A stretch of 64,000 nucleotides of DNA, taken from sequence record PP434429; one strand, 5' to 3'. The first letter of the stretch is position 1; each line of letters begins with the position of its first letter. This stretch comes from Escherichia phage LH01. The notes beneath the pieces are model-generated. The model ran no database searches. It saw only the letters and a program-made list of their open reading frames with translations, and was not told the origin of the DNA. Below are positions 1-10,190 of the stretch, in pieces. A program made the translations under genes and the position numbers.

Positions 1-1438
1 TAAAGACTTTAGTGATTTCGGTTGGAACTACACCATCACGGTCTTTATAATACATCATGCCGTTAGGAGAACAACTGTACACATCTGAAGGACGTTCAGC
101 GATTGCGTTAATATAATCATGCAGTGGAGCTACTTTAAACGTTCCTGCTATTGTTTCCGGGCTAATATTCACTTGGCGAATAATACTTGGATACAGGGAT
201 GTAAGGTCGAAACTCATTACATATTTGTATCGATTTGGAATAGGTTCCTTAACAAAAGCACCGGGATAAGGTTGAACCGGGTGAGAACGACCTTGTGGAA
301 TCACCTTGCTCTGCTCTTTAAGGCTATTAAAAATAATAGCATCCCATGTTTTAATTGGGCTAAACACAGATTGAATCTGTATCTTAGCATAATAACCCAT
401 GTCCAAACTCAAGTTGATGAACTGACGCTTAGCATCAATTTGCAATACACGATACACGTCGATAATGTTATAAGAAATATACCGTTGGTGATTGCTTTCA
501 CGAAGCTTAGAAATAGGGCCGTCATATTTCAGTTTACCAACGTTCAATTCAAATTCTGAAATGTAATCCAGAGAATACGACGGTTGATTGGTAAAAGAGA
601 ATTTTTTGTAAAGGTCGATATAATCAAGAACAGAGATACCGAACAATGTAATGATTTCACGAGAACCATACATGTTTTCGATAACTTTAACACGAGTTTT
701 ACGATGTGGTGATAAACGTTTCGCAGTAGATTCGCCAAAAATATTCTTGATTCGGTTATACACATATGGAATATCAAATGACTCAACGTTCCATCCAGTC
801 AAAATGACAGGAGTTTTCTGTTGCCAGAAGTTGAGATATTCCATCAACAATTCTTTTTCGTTATCGAACGGCATATAAATGATTTTATCGATAATTTCGG
901 ATGGAACTTCATCACCACCTTGTTCTTGAAGCTTAGCCGCAATTTCGATAGACCATTCTTCTACATTACCGTATGGAGAATTCAAAAGGTCAAATACATA
1001 AAACCTGTCATCAATTGAGTCATAATGGGTGATAGCATCAATCGGATGTTTTGCTTGTGACGGCTCAGGGAACCCGTCCGGAGATGTTACTTCGATGTCG
1101 AAGTTAGCCACACGAATTTTTGTATGGTCGTATTTGATTTCATAGTTATAAGTGTCAGACAAATACGCCAATTTGAAATCGTCCATGCCAAGTGCTTCAA
1201 GTCCGATATCTTCCATGCGTTTAATCCATTGGGAGGCATCACGCATATTAGCGAACAACTTACGAGTGCACGGCTTACCGTAGATATCGAAATATTTCGT
1301 AGCCTGACTTTCTGGACAATGAGCAAACAGTGATGGTTTATATTCTACTTCACGAGTACGTTCACGGCCATTAGAATCGATGTAACGTTCAAAAATTGAA
1401 TCACCAATCTGTTCAACCGTTAGGTAAAATTCTTTCAT
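1..1438 (-). CDS. 43: DNA polymerase gp43, N-terminal part; gene continues beyond window start
   Basis: Minus-strand translation from ATG at ~1438 gives MKEFYLTVEQIGDSIFERYIDSNGRERTREVEYKPSLF..., matching T4-family polymerase and, from memory, RB69 gp43 almost exactly; exonuclease motif FDIEV present. Not in ORF track because it runs off the window. Confidence 0.9.
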   Translation of the reverse strand, partial: MKEFYLTVEQIGDSIFERYIDSNGRERTREVEYKPSLFAHCPESQATKYFDIYGKPCTRKLFANMRDASQWIKRMEDIGLEALGMDDFKLAYLSDTYNYEIKYDHTKIRVANFDIEVTSPDGFPEPSQAKHPIDAITHYDSIDDRFYVFDLLNSPYGNVEEWSIEIAAKLQEQGGDEVPSEIIDKIIYMPFDNEKELLMEYLNFWQQKTPVILTGWNVESFDIPYVYNRIKNIFGESTAKRLSPHRKTRVKVIENMYGSREIITLFGISVLDYIDLYKKFSFTNQPSYSLDYISEFELNVGKLKYDGPISKLRESNHQRYISYNIIDVYRVLQIDAKRQFINLSLDMGYYAKIQIQSVFSPIKTWDAIIFNSLKEQSKVIPQGRSHPVQPYPGAFVKEPIPNRYKYVMSFDLTSLYPSIIRQVNISPETIAGTFKVAPLHDYINAIAERPSDVYSCSPNGMMYYKDRDGVVPTEITKVF

Positions 1439-1450
1439 TTAATTTCCTTT

Positions 1451-1466
1451 AGACGAGTTATTGTCT
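1451..1466 (-). promoter_or_regulatory. Putative gp43 translational operator hairpin (AGAC-AAUAACUC-GUCU) next to the gene 43 Shine-Dalgarno
   Basis: Minus strand reads AGACAAUAACUCGUCUAAAGGAAAUUAUG; 4-bp stem with 8-nt loop just 5' of the SD, as in the known T4/RB69 gp43 autoregulatory operator. Coordinates approximate. Confidence 0.5.
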
Positions 1467-1497
1467 TTTGTTTGTTTATGAACTTATTATACTCCAA

Positions 1498-1515
1498 ATG
1501 GGACCGAAGTCCCAT
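1498..1515 (-). terminator. Stable hairpin (AUGGGAC-UUCG-GUCCCAU) 5 nt downstream of regA stop
   Basis: Perfect 7-bp inverted repeat with tetraloop; no clear U-tract, so it may be an RNA-stability or processing element rather than a terminator. Confidence 0.35.
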
Positions 1516-1519
1516 TGCT

Positions 1520-1897
1520 TTAATTACCAATTGTATATTTTGCTTTCAAAGTCCAGTCATCTTTCTGTTTAAAAGAGATAACACGGAAGTTATTAGTCAG
1601 GCTAAATAGATCTTCACGAGCAGAGTCTTCAATAATAATTAACCCCCAGTCTTCAAGCAACTGAGCAATCGAATCACGTCGCTGATAGTCTTCACCGTCG
1701 ATATCAACCTGACGTCCGTCCATACGCAGCATTTCTTTAAAGTGGACGATGTAATATTTACCTTGCTTTTGGAGGATATGACAAGACTGGTAAAGGACTT
1801 TATCCTTGTTATTAGCGATGCCCATACGGGTCAAAGTCTCTTTGACTTTCAGAAAATCTTCAGGGTTCTTCAATTTAATTTCAATCATTTTTACCAT
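1520..1897 (-). CDS. regA: Translational repressor RegA
   Basis: 125 aa; [41 protein letters not shown]... closely matches T4 RegA; expected position after gene 43. Confidence 0.9.
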   Translation of the reverse strand: MVKMIEIKLKNPEDFLKVKETLTRMGIANNKDKVLYQSCHILQKQGKYYIVHFKEMLRMDGRQVDIDGEDYQRRDSIAQLLEDWGLIIIEDSAREDLFSLTNNFRVISFKQKDDWTLKAKYTIGN

Positions 1898-2454
1898 TCC
1901 AATGCTAATTTTTTAAATTGTTTTTGTTCTTTTACGTTTTTAGTAACTTCTTTGAGAAACTCATCAGTGACCATGGCCTTCAGTTCTTTAAGGACTATTG
2001 GCAACTTGTTATTTTTTTCAAGGAGCCGCTTATACTCGGTAGCATCATTCATGTTGATTGTGTAATGTTTCATCAACAGTTTGATAACTAGTAACTCTGA
2101 AGTGTCTTCGACTAGTTTAGCCCATTTAGAGAATCGACGACCACGCGGAATTGCCGCCATCATATAGTTGAAGTGCGCTTCATCACTTAATTCAGAACCG
2201 ACTAAGTTCATCATGTAAACAGCTGGCATACATTCTGGGAACTGGGATAATGAGTTCTCAACCATAAATTTTGAGTAGTCGACCTGAGCAATTGACATAG
2301 GTTTCTTTTCATTAATAGCATTAATGATTTTAAAGAATTCGTTCTCAGGTTTTTCTTTAAACATATCAGCACATTTTTGAATCGCATCAGCGTCATTAGA
2401 CTTCCATGCAATTTGGTGCTCGTTAAGCTGGACGTCATCATCGAATAAGTTCAT
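1891..2454 (-). CDS. 62: Clamp loader small subunit gp62
   Basis: 187 aa, same length as T4 gp62; conserved [18 protein letters not shown] and KLALEW segments; synteny. Confidence 0.9.
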   Translation of the reverse strand: MNLFDDDVQLNEHQIAWKSNDADAIQKCADMFKEKPENEFFKIINAINEKKPMSIAQVDYSKFMVENSLSQFPECMPAVYMMNLVGSELSDEAHFNYMMAAIPRGRRFSKWAKLVEDTSELLVIKLLMKHYTINMNDATEYKRLLEKNNKLPIVLKELKAMVTDEFLKEVTKNVKEQKQFKKLALEW

Positions 2455-2455
2455 A

Positions 2456-3418
2456 TTATTTCCAAGTCAGTTCGCAGGTCAGTTGAAGAAGCATATACAT
2501 AACATGTAATTCAATATTACTTGCTAGTCCATGAAACTTATTGTTTTCGCCTGCAATTTCGTAAAGCGAAATAATACTTTTACCAGGTGCAACTTGGTCA
2601 TAACATTCTGAAACTAATTTATCGATGAACCATGAATAATCTGCAGCATATTTTGGAGCTAATGCACGAAGCTGTTTAATATCTTTGTTCTTCATTGCTT
2701 CGATAACATCAGAGACTGTGCCACGGTCATTAGTTACGATAGACAAAATACCTGCATCAAGAACACCTTTAGACGAGTATTGGTCTAATTGTCCAATTGT
2801 ACGACGAAAGTCCGGGAAGTTCTTTTTAACCAGAGCTGCAACAACTTTCATATCAGCGATTTCGATATTTTCGTTCTTACAGATTTCAACCATACGATGA
2901 ATCATTTTCTTCATCATCGAGATTTTATCTTCTTCGGTTGGACGTCCGAATTCGATAACTCGACAACGGCTACGTAATGGTTCAATAATTCCATCAATAT
3001 TGTTAGCAGTGATAATAATAGAGCAGTTACTAGAGAATTCTTCCATGAATGTACGAAGGTGACGTTGTGATTCGGCGAGGCCACTACGGTCAAATTCATC
3101 AATAACAATAACTTTAGGCTTGCCTTCCATTGAGACTGAACGAGCGAATGCAGTTAACGGACCACGCACAAAATCAATCTTACAATCAGAACCGTTGACG
3201 AACATCATTTCGGCATTGATATCATTACATAATGCTTTTGCCACGGTTGTTTTACCTGTACCAGGAGAAGGAGAGTGCAAAATAATATGAGGAAGTTTTC
3301 CTTTAGATACTAAAGACTTGAACGTTTCATGGTCATACGCAGGCAGAATACATTCGTCAATGGAAGAAGGACGATATTTCTGTTCTAGAATGTGTTCTTT
3401 GGAATTGATAGTAATCAT
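2456..3418 (-). CDS. 44: Clamp loader large subunit gp44 (AAA+ ATPase)
   Basis: 320 aa; Walker [15 protein letters not shown], Walker B VIVIDEFD; synteny 62-44-45. Confidence 0.9.
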   Translation of the reverse strand: MITINSKEHILEQKYRPSSIDECILPAYDHETFKSLVSKGKLPHIILHSPSPGTGKTTVAKALCNDINAEMMFVNGSDCKIDFVRGPLTAFARSVSMEGKPKVIVIDEFDRSGLAESQRHLRTFMEEFSSNCSIIITANNIDGIIEPLRSRCRVIEFGRPTEEDKISMMKKMIHRMVEICKNENIEIADMKVVAALVKKNFPDFRRTIGQLDQYSSKGVLDAGILSIVTNDRGTVSDVIEAMKNKDIKQLRALAPKYAADYSWFIDKLVSECYDQVAPGKSIISLYEIAGENNKFHGLASNIELHVMYMLLQLTCELTWK

Positions 3419-3493
3419 GTAATTTTCCTCATTATCATTAATCTGGAGGATTTCTCCTCCATAATCATACTACATTAAACGTAAAGCTTTGTC

Positions 3494-4180
3494 TTAGAAG
3501 TCGTGAGTAGAATCGGCTTCCATTGCAATAACATAACTTACTTGAGAGCTTTCAAACTTGGCTGCAACTTTATCACCAGCTCCCCACAACATTACTTTAT
3601 AGTTACCTGGCTGGATTTTCATATTAGCCATATTGATTACGAAGTTAAAGTTGTTAGAACCGTCATAATCGGTAAGAGTCAAAGAATACTTAGGACGAGT
3701 TAGTCCAGAATCTTCAACTTTATTGTAACCATTGATAACAATTTTACCATCTTTATTTGTAATAGCAATTGTATCAATCTGGAGACCACGTGAAACTCGA
3801 AGCAATTGTTGAAGGTCTTCAGCTTTAATTTCAGTAATCACAGAAGCCACTGGGAATTGAATTGGCTTATTAGGAAAAACAATGGTGCTCTTGTCGGCAG
3901 CAGGCCAATAAACTGTGGAACGTGTATCTGCAATTTTAATATTGCCATCAGTGTGCATTGAAATTTCAGCATCATCAGACACTAGACTCAAAATGCTTAA
4001 GAAGCTATTCAAATCATAAAGTGCTACGTCAAAATCAATTTCATCAGAGATATTTGCTTCCGCATAAGTGGTGCCATTAACTGCACGGGTCATAATAAAT
4101 TTACCTTGACTCAGCAGAATACCGGAGTTAATAGAGGCAAAGTTTTTCAGAATAGCGATAGTATCTTTAGACAGTTTCAT
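3494..4180 (-). CDS. 45: Sliding clamp gp45
   Basis: Start moved to the internal ATG (MKLSKDTIAILKNFASINSGI...) by homology to T4 gp45 and an AGGAAA SD; the ORF-track start at 4195 is 5 codons upstream. Confidence 0.9.
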   Translation of the reverse strand: MKLSKDTIAILKNFASINSGILLSQGKFIMTRAVNGTTYAEANISDEIDFDVALYDLNSFLSILSLVSDDAEISMHTDGNIKIADTRSTVYWPAADKSTIVFPNKPIQFPVASVITEIKAEDLQQLLRVSRGLQIDTIAITNKDGKIVINGYNKVEDSGLTRPKYSLTLTDYDGSNNFNFVINMANMKIQPGNYKVMLWGAGDKVAAKFESSQVSYVIAMEADSTHDF

Positions 4181-4222
4181 TTTATTTCCTTTCAAGACAA
4201 TTCAAAGTTTATAACAAATTTA

Positions 4223-4639
4223 TTACGCAGCAACCATCTGCTTTTTAATAGCTTCAGGTAGTGATTCAATATATTCTGGAATTTTAGAAGCAACAATTTC
4301 GCCGGCTGCAATTAATTGTTCGTCGGCATCAACACAGTAGAAATCTTCCAGACGCTCAGAACCATCTTTATCAAGAACGATTTTTCCACCGGCTTCAATA
4401 GAATCTTTATAGTGCTTACGCATCAGATGAATCCACATATCAGATACATCGTTGTCGATAAAACCATAAATCATAAAACGAGTTTCTTGTGGCAAAGATT
4501 GAAGCTTTTTAGCACTCGCGTCATCACAATGCAGGACCCATGCTTTACGAACACGATTATGGTTATGCGGGTTAGCGTCAGTACGGATAGAAGTAACTTT
4601 CAGATCAGCAGCAGTGAAACCTTTAGCAGTAGTAAACAT
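4223..4639 (-). CDS. rpbA: RNA polymerase-binding protein RpbA
   Basis: 138 aa; TTAKGFTAADLKVTSIRTDANPHNHN... matches T4 RpbA; position between 45 and 46. Confidence 0.8.
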   Translation of the reverse strand: MFTTAKGFTAADLKVTSIRTDANPHNHNRVRKAWVLHCDDASAKKLQSLPQETRFMIYGFIDNDVSDMWIHLMRKHYKDSIEAGGKIVLDKDGSERLEDFYCVDADEQLIAAGEIVASKIPEYIESLPEAIKKQMVAA

Positions 4640-4651
4640 ATTATTTCTCTC

Positions 4652-4852
4652 TTATTCGTAGAAGTCAGTAACTGTCCATGCGGAATTGCGATTAGACATT
4701 ATTTTATTATACTCATCTTTAAAAGCAGATTTGAGCATTTGTTCAGTAACAATATGTTCTTCACCTGAAAACGTATTGGTCAAAACATATTTTTTAATTT
4801 CAGGGACAACGAGAAGATGTTGTCCGGTTGAATACTCCATGTTGTTCTCCAT
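4652..4852 (-). CDS. Small hypothetical protein (position of T4 45.2)
   Basis: 66-aa ORF in the 45-46 interval, same orientation and tightly packed. Confidence 0.55.
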   Translation of the reverse strand: MENNMEYSTGQHLLVVPEIKKYVLTNTFSGEEHIVTEQMLKSAFKDEYNKIMSNRNSAWTVTDFYE

Positions 4853-4894
4853 TTAATTTGATGTGGTCATTATAACCACATCGTGTTAAAGCGT

Positions 4895-6583
4895 TTATGA
4901 AACAGTCATCACAGTAAATCGTCCAACTTTGCTCATTTGAAGATGTTGTCCATAAGCTTGTGGGTCATGGTCTCTGTGACTAATTATAAACACGTTTGCA
5001 TCGGTTAGAGAGTTAAGAATTGTTGAAATAGCTTTAATACCTTCAGAATCAGTCGCGGAATCCATGACTTCGTCCATAATTAATGTATTGATTCTAACAC
5101 CAGAGACCTTTTCAGCAATATCTCGCCATGTAAACAACAATGCGATATCGATACGTGCCTTTTCACCTTGACTAAATGAAGCATAACTGAACTCTTCACG
5201 GCCACGTGATTTTATAGATTCATTGAATTCTTCATCAATAGAAAACACGTAATCAGCTTCCATGATTTTAAGGTAATGGTTAATCTGCTTGTTGAACAGA
5301 GGCACATATTTTTTAATGATAGCACCTTTAATACCAGAATCTTTTAACATATCTGTTATAATACCACGATGGTATTTTTCAAGAACGATATCCGATTTTG
5401 TTTTAATGATTTTATCAAGTTCTTTTTGAAGCAAAGCTATCTCATCGGCATGGTCGATAAATTCCGCCGAGGCTTGTTCTATTGCAGCTTTAACTTTCTT
5501 AGCTTTATCAATAGTGGCAATCATTGCTTGTTTCTTGGTACGAATATCAGATGCAAGGTCCTGTTTAGTCTTAACATTAGCTCTATATTCGTCCACTAGG
5601 ACACTCAGATTATCTCTGTGACAGGTAAGTTGCTCGAATGAGTGATTACATTCATGAAGCTTATCGGTAATCTTAGAGACAATAGGGTCACCCTGGTGCA
5701 ACTGTGATGCGCAAGTAGGACATGTACCGCCATCATGATACATCTTAATAACTTTGTTATATGAGTCGATTTTAGATTTAATCAAGAATGCTTCTTGTCC
5801 GATCTTGTTGAATGCCTCAGTAGGGTCTTCGTCAAGAACGATATTAAGTAGACGCTCATTAGCTTCTTCAATTTCTGCTTTTAATGAACGAGCTTCTTTG
5901 GCTAGGTCGTCATACATATTCTGTAGACGTGCTACATTATCGCCAGATAATTTCTTTTGGCGTTCGATATTCTCGTTATAAATCTTAATTTGTTGGATAA
6001 TACCATCTTTCTTGGCATCGAGAACTTGCCCCTGGGAATTAAGTTCTCGAACTTGAGACTTATTGATTTTATCCATTTCAGCGAGTGTGCCGACTTCTAA
6101 AAGGTCTTCGACAAGTTTTCTACGAGCAGGGGTGCTAAGAGCCATGAAAGGGGTATACCCTGCCGTCCCAAGCACAACGATCTGTTTAAAAGACGCGTAT
6201 GACATTCCGATGCTACGTTCAAATTCTTCTTGGAAGTCACGACTGCTGGCAGATTCATCAAGACGAACACCGTCAACGGAGATTTCGAAAATATTGGGCT
6301 TTTGGCCACGTTTAATGAAGTATTTTTTATCATCGAATTCCATCCAAAGCTCAACTAAGAGCTCTTTCTTGTTCGTGCTATTAATGATTTGTCCTTTCTT
6401 AACATCACGAAATGGTTTACCGAAAAGTCCGAAAGTAATGGCTTCTAACATCGTAGATTTACCACCACCATTTTTACCAGTGATTAATGTCTTTTGGACT
6501 TTATCTAATTGGATATCAATAGGATTCCCACCTACCGACATGATGTTTTGATAACGAACACGATTTAATTTAAATGATTTCAT
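4895..6583 (-). CDS. 46: Recombination endonuclease subunit gp46 (Rad50/SbcC-like ATPase)
   Basis: 562 aa; Walker A GKNGGGKST near N-terminus, long central coiled coil, C-terminal ABC signature region; T4 gp46 is ~560 aa. Confidence 0.9.
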   Translation of the reverse strand: MKSFKLNRVRYQNIMSVGGNPIDIQLDKVQKTLITGKNGGGKSTMLEAITFGLFGKPFRDVKKGQIINSTNKKELLVELWMEFDDKKYFIKRGQKPNIFEISVDGVRLDESASSRDFQEEFERSIGMSYASFKQIVVLGTAGYTPFMALSTPARRKLVEDLLEVGTLAEMDKINKSQVRELNSQGQVLDAKKDGIIQQIKIYNENIERQKKLSGDNVARLQNMYDDLAKEARSLKAEIEEANERLLNIVLDEDPTEAFNKIGQEAFLIKSKIDSYNKVIKMYHDGGTCPTCASQLHQGDPIVSKITDKLHECNHSFEQLTCHRDNLSVLVDEYRANVKTKQDLASDIRTKKQAMIATIDKAKKVKAAIEQASAEFIDHADEIALLQKELDKIIKTKSDIVLEKYHRGIITDMLKDSGIKGAIIKKYVPLFNKQINHYLKIMEADYVFSIDEEFNESIKSRGREEFSYASFSQGEKARIDIALLFTWRDIAEKVSGVRINTLIMDEVMDSATDSEGIKAISTILNSLTDANVFIISHRDHDPQAYGQHLQMSKVGRFTVMTVS

Positions 6584-6828
6584 ATGTATTCTCTTCGAAT
6601 GAAGTCCTCTACATATTTTAACATGTCATCCCTATCAGCAAAATATTCATCTAGTTCTGCATACATAACAACACCCGGTGCGTACTCACAGGTAACATAC
6701 ATTGTTCCAAAGAAACGAGGAGTTGTCTCCTCGTAATTCTCAGTCCATTCAACGATACCAATATAACCGTCACCAATACTAAATTCATGACGATGGATTT
6801 CATAATCAGTCTTCGTCATTATACGCAT
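6580..6828 (-). CDS. Hypothetical protein (position of T4 46.1)
   Basis: 82-aa ORF; overlaps the gene 46 start by 4 nt, typical operon packing. Confidence 0.55.
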   Translation of the reverse strand: MRIMTKTDYEIHRHEFSIGDGYIGIVEWTENYEETTPRFFGTMYVTCEYAPGVVMYAELDEYFADRDDMLKYVEDFIRREYI

Positions 6829-7063
6829 CCTTGATACATGCTTCAGCCATTTTAAGAATAGAGCCAGGAGTATCGTTGTCCATTATATTAAAGCTAAATT
6901 CAATAGCCCAGTCGGTGTAGACATGAACTGCTTTAACTTCATTGCCTTCAACGCGTAATGGCTCAATCCAATACTTGATAGTGTTCTCGAATCCATCATC
7001 ATCTTTAACGTCCATTTCAACTTCAAGCCCGAGCCCAGCATTATTAAATTCATCTAAAGTCAT
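6806..7063 (-). CDS. Hypothetical protein (position of T4 46.2)
   Basis: 85-aa acidic ORF between 47 and 46; 4-nt overlap with gene 47 stop. Confidence 0.55.
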   Translation of the reverse strand: MTLDEFNNAGLGLEVEMDVKDDDGFENTIKYWIEPLRVEGNEVKAVHVYTDWAIEFSFNIMDNDTPGSILKMAEACIKDAYNDED

Positions 7064-8079
7064 TGTGTTGCCTCAATATAAAGTTCGTTGGAATATTTGA
7101 CCAGCGCTTCTCTGTCTTCGTCTGAGATATCTGGAATCGCGTCAATATATTCTTTAATGATATCTTGAAGTGATTTAATCTCGATTTCCTGGTCGTCATC
7201 AGATTCAACACTGTTATCAACTTTAGAAACCATACGAAGAGAGTGAACTACTTTTTCAAGTTCAGATTCAAACTTAGTCAACTCTGAATCAATTTCTGAT
7301 ACTATAACACGTACGGCTAGATTGGTATAATCAGAATAATTGATTTTGCCTTTAAACGGATAAGTGATTCGTCGATGCCATGTTGTTTCATTAGGAATAA
7401 ATTCCATACGTTCAACATCAGTGTCAAATACCCAGAACCCGCGCGGGTCGTTCTCATCACCTGCAGTAAGGGTCCATGGTGTCCCAATATATTTGACGTT
7501 AGCAGCTTCAGAGATTGTGTGGAAGTGGCCAGACCAGACTTGTTTATAAGTCTTTAAGAAATCAGGTTCAAGCCCATGAGACTTCATCCCTTTATAGAAA
7601 TAAAAGCCGTTCAGTTCCCAGTGCCCAACACAATACGCAGCAGAAGAAGTCTTGATGTGCTCTAAGATTTCACCTGTATTTTCTTCACACATCCATGGAA
7701 CGATATCAATCAGACATCCGTCAAAATCTACAGTAGTTGGATGTTCGTAAATAGTAAAGTTTTCAAATTGAGTTAACAATTCAGAAACAGTGTTAGGTGT
7801 TATTGTATTCTTAAACGCCATGTCATGGTTTCCTATCGTGACATGAACGTGAATGCCTGCTTTAGAAATCATATCAACTATTTCACGATTGAATTCCATT
7901 GTACGATGTGTTATTGCTTTACGGACGTCGAACCAATCACCGTACTGAATCCAAGTTTTAATCCCGTGTTTCTTAGAGTATTCAATTGCTTGACGAATAC
8001 CATCGCGTTGAATATCTTGAACCCATGGGTCGTCTTGTTTGACTCCGATATGGAAGTCGCCTAAGTGCAAAATTTTCAT
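7060..8079 (-). CDS. 47: Recombination endonuclease subunit gp47 (Mre11/SbcD-like phosphoesterase)
   Basis: 339 aa as in T4; MKILHLGDFHIG phosphoesterase motif I and GNHD motif; synteny. Confidence 0.9.
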   Translation of the reverse strand: MKILHLGDFHIGVKQDDPWVQDIQRDGIRQAIEYSKKHGIKTWIQYGDWFDVRKAITHRTMEFNREIVDMISKAGIHVHVTIGNHDMAFKNTITPNTVSELLTQFENFTIYEHPTTVDFDGCLIDIVPWMCEENTGEILEHIKTSSAAYCVGHWELNGFYFYKGMKSHGLEPDFLKTYKQVWSGHFHTISEAANVKYIGTPWTLTAGDENDPRGFWVFDTDVERMEFIPNETTWHRRITYPFKGKINYSDYTNLAVRVIVSEIDSELTKFESELEKVVHSLRMVSKVDNSVESDDDQEIEIKSLQDIIKEYIDAIPDISDEDREALVKYSNELYIEATQ

Positions 8080-8126
8080 ATTATTTCCTCATTAGTTAAT
8101 TCATTCTATCATCCGTTTATAAAGCA

Positions 8127-8152
8127 AAAAAGGAACTCCGAAGAGTTCCTAT
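8127..8152 (-). terminator. Intrinsic terminator (AGGAACUC-UUCG-GAGUUCCU followed by UUUUUU) upstream of gene 47
   Basis: Perfect 8-bp inverted repeat with UUCG loop; minus-strand sense has a 6-U tract after the stem. Coordinates approximate. Confidence 0.55.
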
Positions 8153-8322
8153 CCACATAGTACACCGTACAGAGGCTCATTTGAACTTTTAAATCGAATG
8201 GGCTTGTACGTAATAGTTCCTTCGGCTTTAGCTTTATCATAAGACTCTTTAAAACGTCTCATTCTTTCTGCTTTGCCTTTACGGATTTTATCGAAATTTT
8301 CAGAAGTCGGGATGTTCGTCAT
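8148..8322 (-). CDS. Small hypothetical protein (~57 aa), not in ORF track
   Basis: Hand translation MTNIPTSENFDKIRKGKAERMRRFKESYDKAKAEGTITYKPIRFKSSNEPLYGVLCG; ends at the terminator hairpin. Below the 60-aa track cutoff. Confidence 0.35.
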
Positions 8323-8361
8323 GCATAAGCACCTCTCAGAAAATGCCTAAATCGATTTCTC

Positions 8362-8583
8362 TCATCGTTTCCACCATTTCTTAACTTGAAATGAATCAAC
8401 CCACACGAGTTGTTTTGGGTCTGCCTTTACAATAGGCGGACAAATTTCTGTAATAGAACCGTCGTGATATTCCTTTTCAGAAATTTTAACACAAAGAGGA
8501 CCACCCAATTTAATGGTGAACCCTGCGTTCAGCTTCAGACGTTTAAACTTTGTTTGAACTAGCGCCATTAATGATGTCCTCAA
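8362..8583 (-). CDS. Hypothetical protein
   Basis: 73-aa ORF, co-oriented, in the 47-55 interval. Confidence 0.45.
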   Translation of the reverse strand: MRTSLMALVQTKFKRLKLNAGFTIKLGGPLCVKISEKEYHDGSITEICPPIVKADPKQLVWVDSFQVKKWWKR

Positions 8584-8866
8584 TAGCCTGACGAGTAGTA
8601 ATCCACTGGATTTTAATTAACTTGTCATTATATGGTTGTCGTAGAATATCCCGAGATTTCTTAATAGCATATTCGTAAGCTTCGAAGTTGTTTTGAATTG
8701 CTGCTTCTTGAGCATGAGCATAAAGTCGATTTAGTTCGAAACGATTCTTTTTAAGAATCTTTTCAGATTTTTTACGTGCTTCTGCTTCATTTTTCTTTTG
8801 TATTTCTTGTAGCATTTTAGCTACTGCATCTTCTGCTTCTTTATTTTCAATAATCTCGGTAGTCAT
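8543..8866 (-). CDS. Hypothetical protein (Lys/Glu-rich, probably helical)
   Basis: 107-aa ORF; charged repetitive composition. Confidence 0.5.
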   Translation of the reverse strand: MTTEIIENKEAEDAVAKMLQEIQKKNEAEARKKSEKILKKNRFELNRLYAHAQEAAIQNNFEAYEYAIKKSRDILRQPYNDKLIKIQWITTRQAIEDIINGASSNKV

Positions 8867-8867
8867 A

Positions 8868-9083
8868 TTATCTCATTAAATTAAAATAAAAACGTCCGTC
8901 CTCTTCAATGCAGAACTCGTACTCAACTGGAGTCCCATTTATCGAAAATGACACGTCATGTGGGTTCAAAGGGTCGATGTCAAAATTAATTTTAAATTCT
9001 CGACCCAACAGTTTTACCAAATAAGGGATTGCTTCGTCAAAAGGTTCTTCTAAGTAGTTAGAGATATCAATTGTCATCCTCAT
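8868..9083 (-). CDS. Hypothetical small protein
   Basis: ORF-track ORF 8868..9161 overlaps the gene 55 3' end; start moved to an internal Met just after gene 55 stop. Confidence 0.4.
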   Translation of the reverse strand: MRMTIDISNYLEEPFDEAIPYLVKLLGREFKINFDIDPLNPHDVSFSINGTPVEYEFCIEEDGRFYFNLMR

Positions 9084-9624
9084 ATAAAAAATCCAAACTA
9101 GGCGAATCGCTAACAACTTCCTTCTTTTCAGCCCCAGGAGCTTTATAAGCGGATTCTTCATAATGCGTCATTTTATCGTAGATGTCTTGAATAAACGTTT
9201 CATCTACCAACGCTACCATATCATCGTCATGACTGTCGTAGACATTATGAACGAAGTAACTATATTTCTTTGCAACTTCCTTACGTTCTTTTTTGATACG
9301 TTGGACAAAAGCATTAAAACAAGCTCGAGTTATGTATGCATGTGGGTTATTGTACTTAGTTTCGTCGAAATTATGAAGTCCCTTAATAGAGGCTTCAATC
9401 CCATCTGCAATCATCTCCTGCTTCCAAGACTGGGTATATCCTGAAAAGTTGAAACGTTTGGACAGGCCTTCGGCGATAAGCATAATTGCTAAACCGATGG
9501 TATCATTCTGACGAATAATTTTGTTTGGGTCTTTATTATTTAAGAGCTCCTTTTTCCACTCGATTATAGCGGCGAGAAGCTCTTTATTATTCACATAGTT
9601 ATTTTTAGGTTTTTGTTCAGTCAT
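9067..9624 (-). CDS. 55: Late-transcription sigma factor gp55
   Basis: Start at [17 protein letters not shown] with AAGAGG SD; near-identical to T4 gp55 ([48 protein letters not shown]...). Confidence 0.9.
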   Translation of the reverse strand: MTEQKPKNNYVNNKELLAAIIEWKKELLNNKDPNKIIRQNDTIGLAIMLIAEGLSKRFNFSGYTQSWKQEMIADGIEASIKGLHNFDETKYNNPHAYITRACFNAFVQRIKKERKEVAKKYSYFVHNVYDSHDDDMVALVDETFIQDIYDKMTHYEESAYKAPGAEKKEVVSDSPSLDFLYEDDN

Positions 9625-9696
9625 AAGTACCTCTTGGCTCAATTCATAGGTCTATTATATCATAATATTTAGAGACCTATCTTAAAGCACGAGATA

Positions 9697-9966
9697 CTAT
9701 CGGAGCAAACAATAAGCCTGAAACACTTTTTCCATTAAACGTTTGAACTCATGGATATCGATATAAAGCTCAGTAAGACCGGCGTTATAAAGAAAATCTA
9801 AAAAGTTCTCATGTGTTTCGTTATAGTCGCCTTCGTTTAATTGAGATACATGAGTTTCCCAAAAACCGACACCTTTAACAAATGGAAAATACGTAACTTT
9901 CATAAAGTTGTCGACGTAAAATTCGCCCAGCTTTTCTTCAGTTATACTGATTCGAGTTAATTTCAT
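9697..9966 (-). CDS. Hypothetical protein
   Basis: 89-aa ORF upstream of gene 55; co-oriented. Confidence 0.5.
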   Translation of the reverse strand: MKLTRISITEEKLGEFYVDNFMKVTYFPFVKGVGFWETHVSQLNEGDYNETHENFLDFLYNAGLTELYIDIHEFKRLMEKVFQAYCLLR

Positions 9967-10190
9967 TCTAGTTCCTTTGCTGCAAATAAGGCAGCATCCA
10001 ATGAATCAAATTGGTCAACGAAATCAATATTCAACGCATCGTCAACCGTAGCATATAACCACCATTGTTTGAATTCGTATTCTAGAATAAATCCAGGACC
10101 TTCAATCTGAGGAAGACCTAGGCTATTTGTACCAACTTCGTAACCAGCTAGACGCAGGTCATTAATCAAAGTTTCTGTTAATACGCTCAT
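9963..10190 (-). CDS. Hypothetical protein
   Basis: 75-aa ORF; 4-nt overlap with downstream gene. Confidence 0.5.
   Translation of the reverse strand: MSVLTETLINDLRLAGYEVGTNSLGLPQIEGPGFILEYEFKQWWLYATVDDALNIDFVDQFDSLDAALFAAKELE

Noticed and set aside
119-1333. Plus-strand ORFs (119..559, 651..878, 821..1018, 1124..1333) inside the gene 43 region
   Set aside because: They are antisense to the well-supported minus-strand polymerase frame and have no RBS or homology.
1515-1538. MotA-box-like TGCTTTA followed 11 nt later by TATATT on the plus strand
   Set aside because: It would transcribe antisense into regA, and every gene here is on the minus strand; probably a chance match in AT-rich DNA.
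9163-9444. Plus-strand ORF antisense to gene 55, and similar plus-strand ORFs throughout 1-48000 (for example 14571..15056, 22773..23129, 24394..24729, 39627..40341, 41391..41842)
   Set aside because: They overlap conserved minus-strand genes in antisense; the low-complexity translations are typical of an AT-rich antisense strand.
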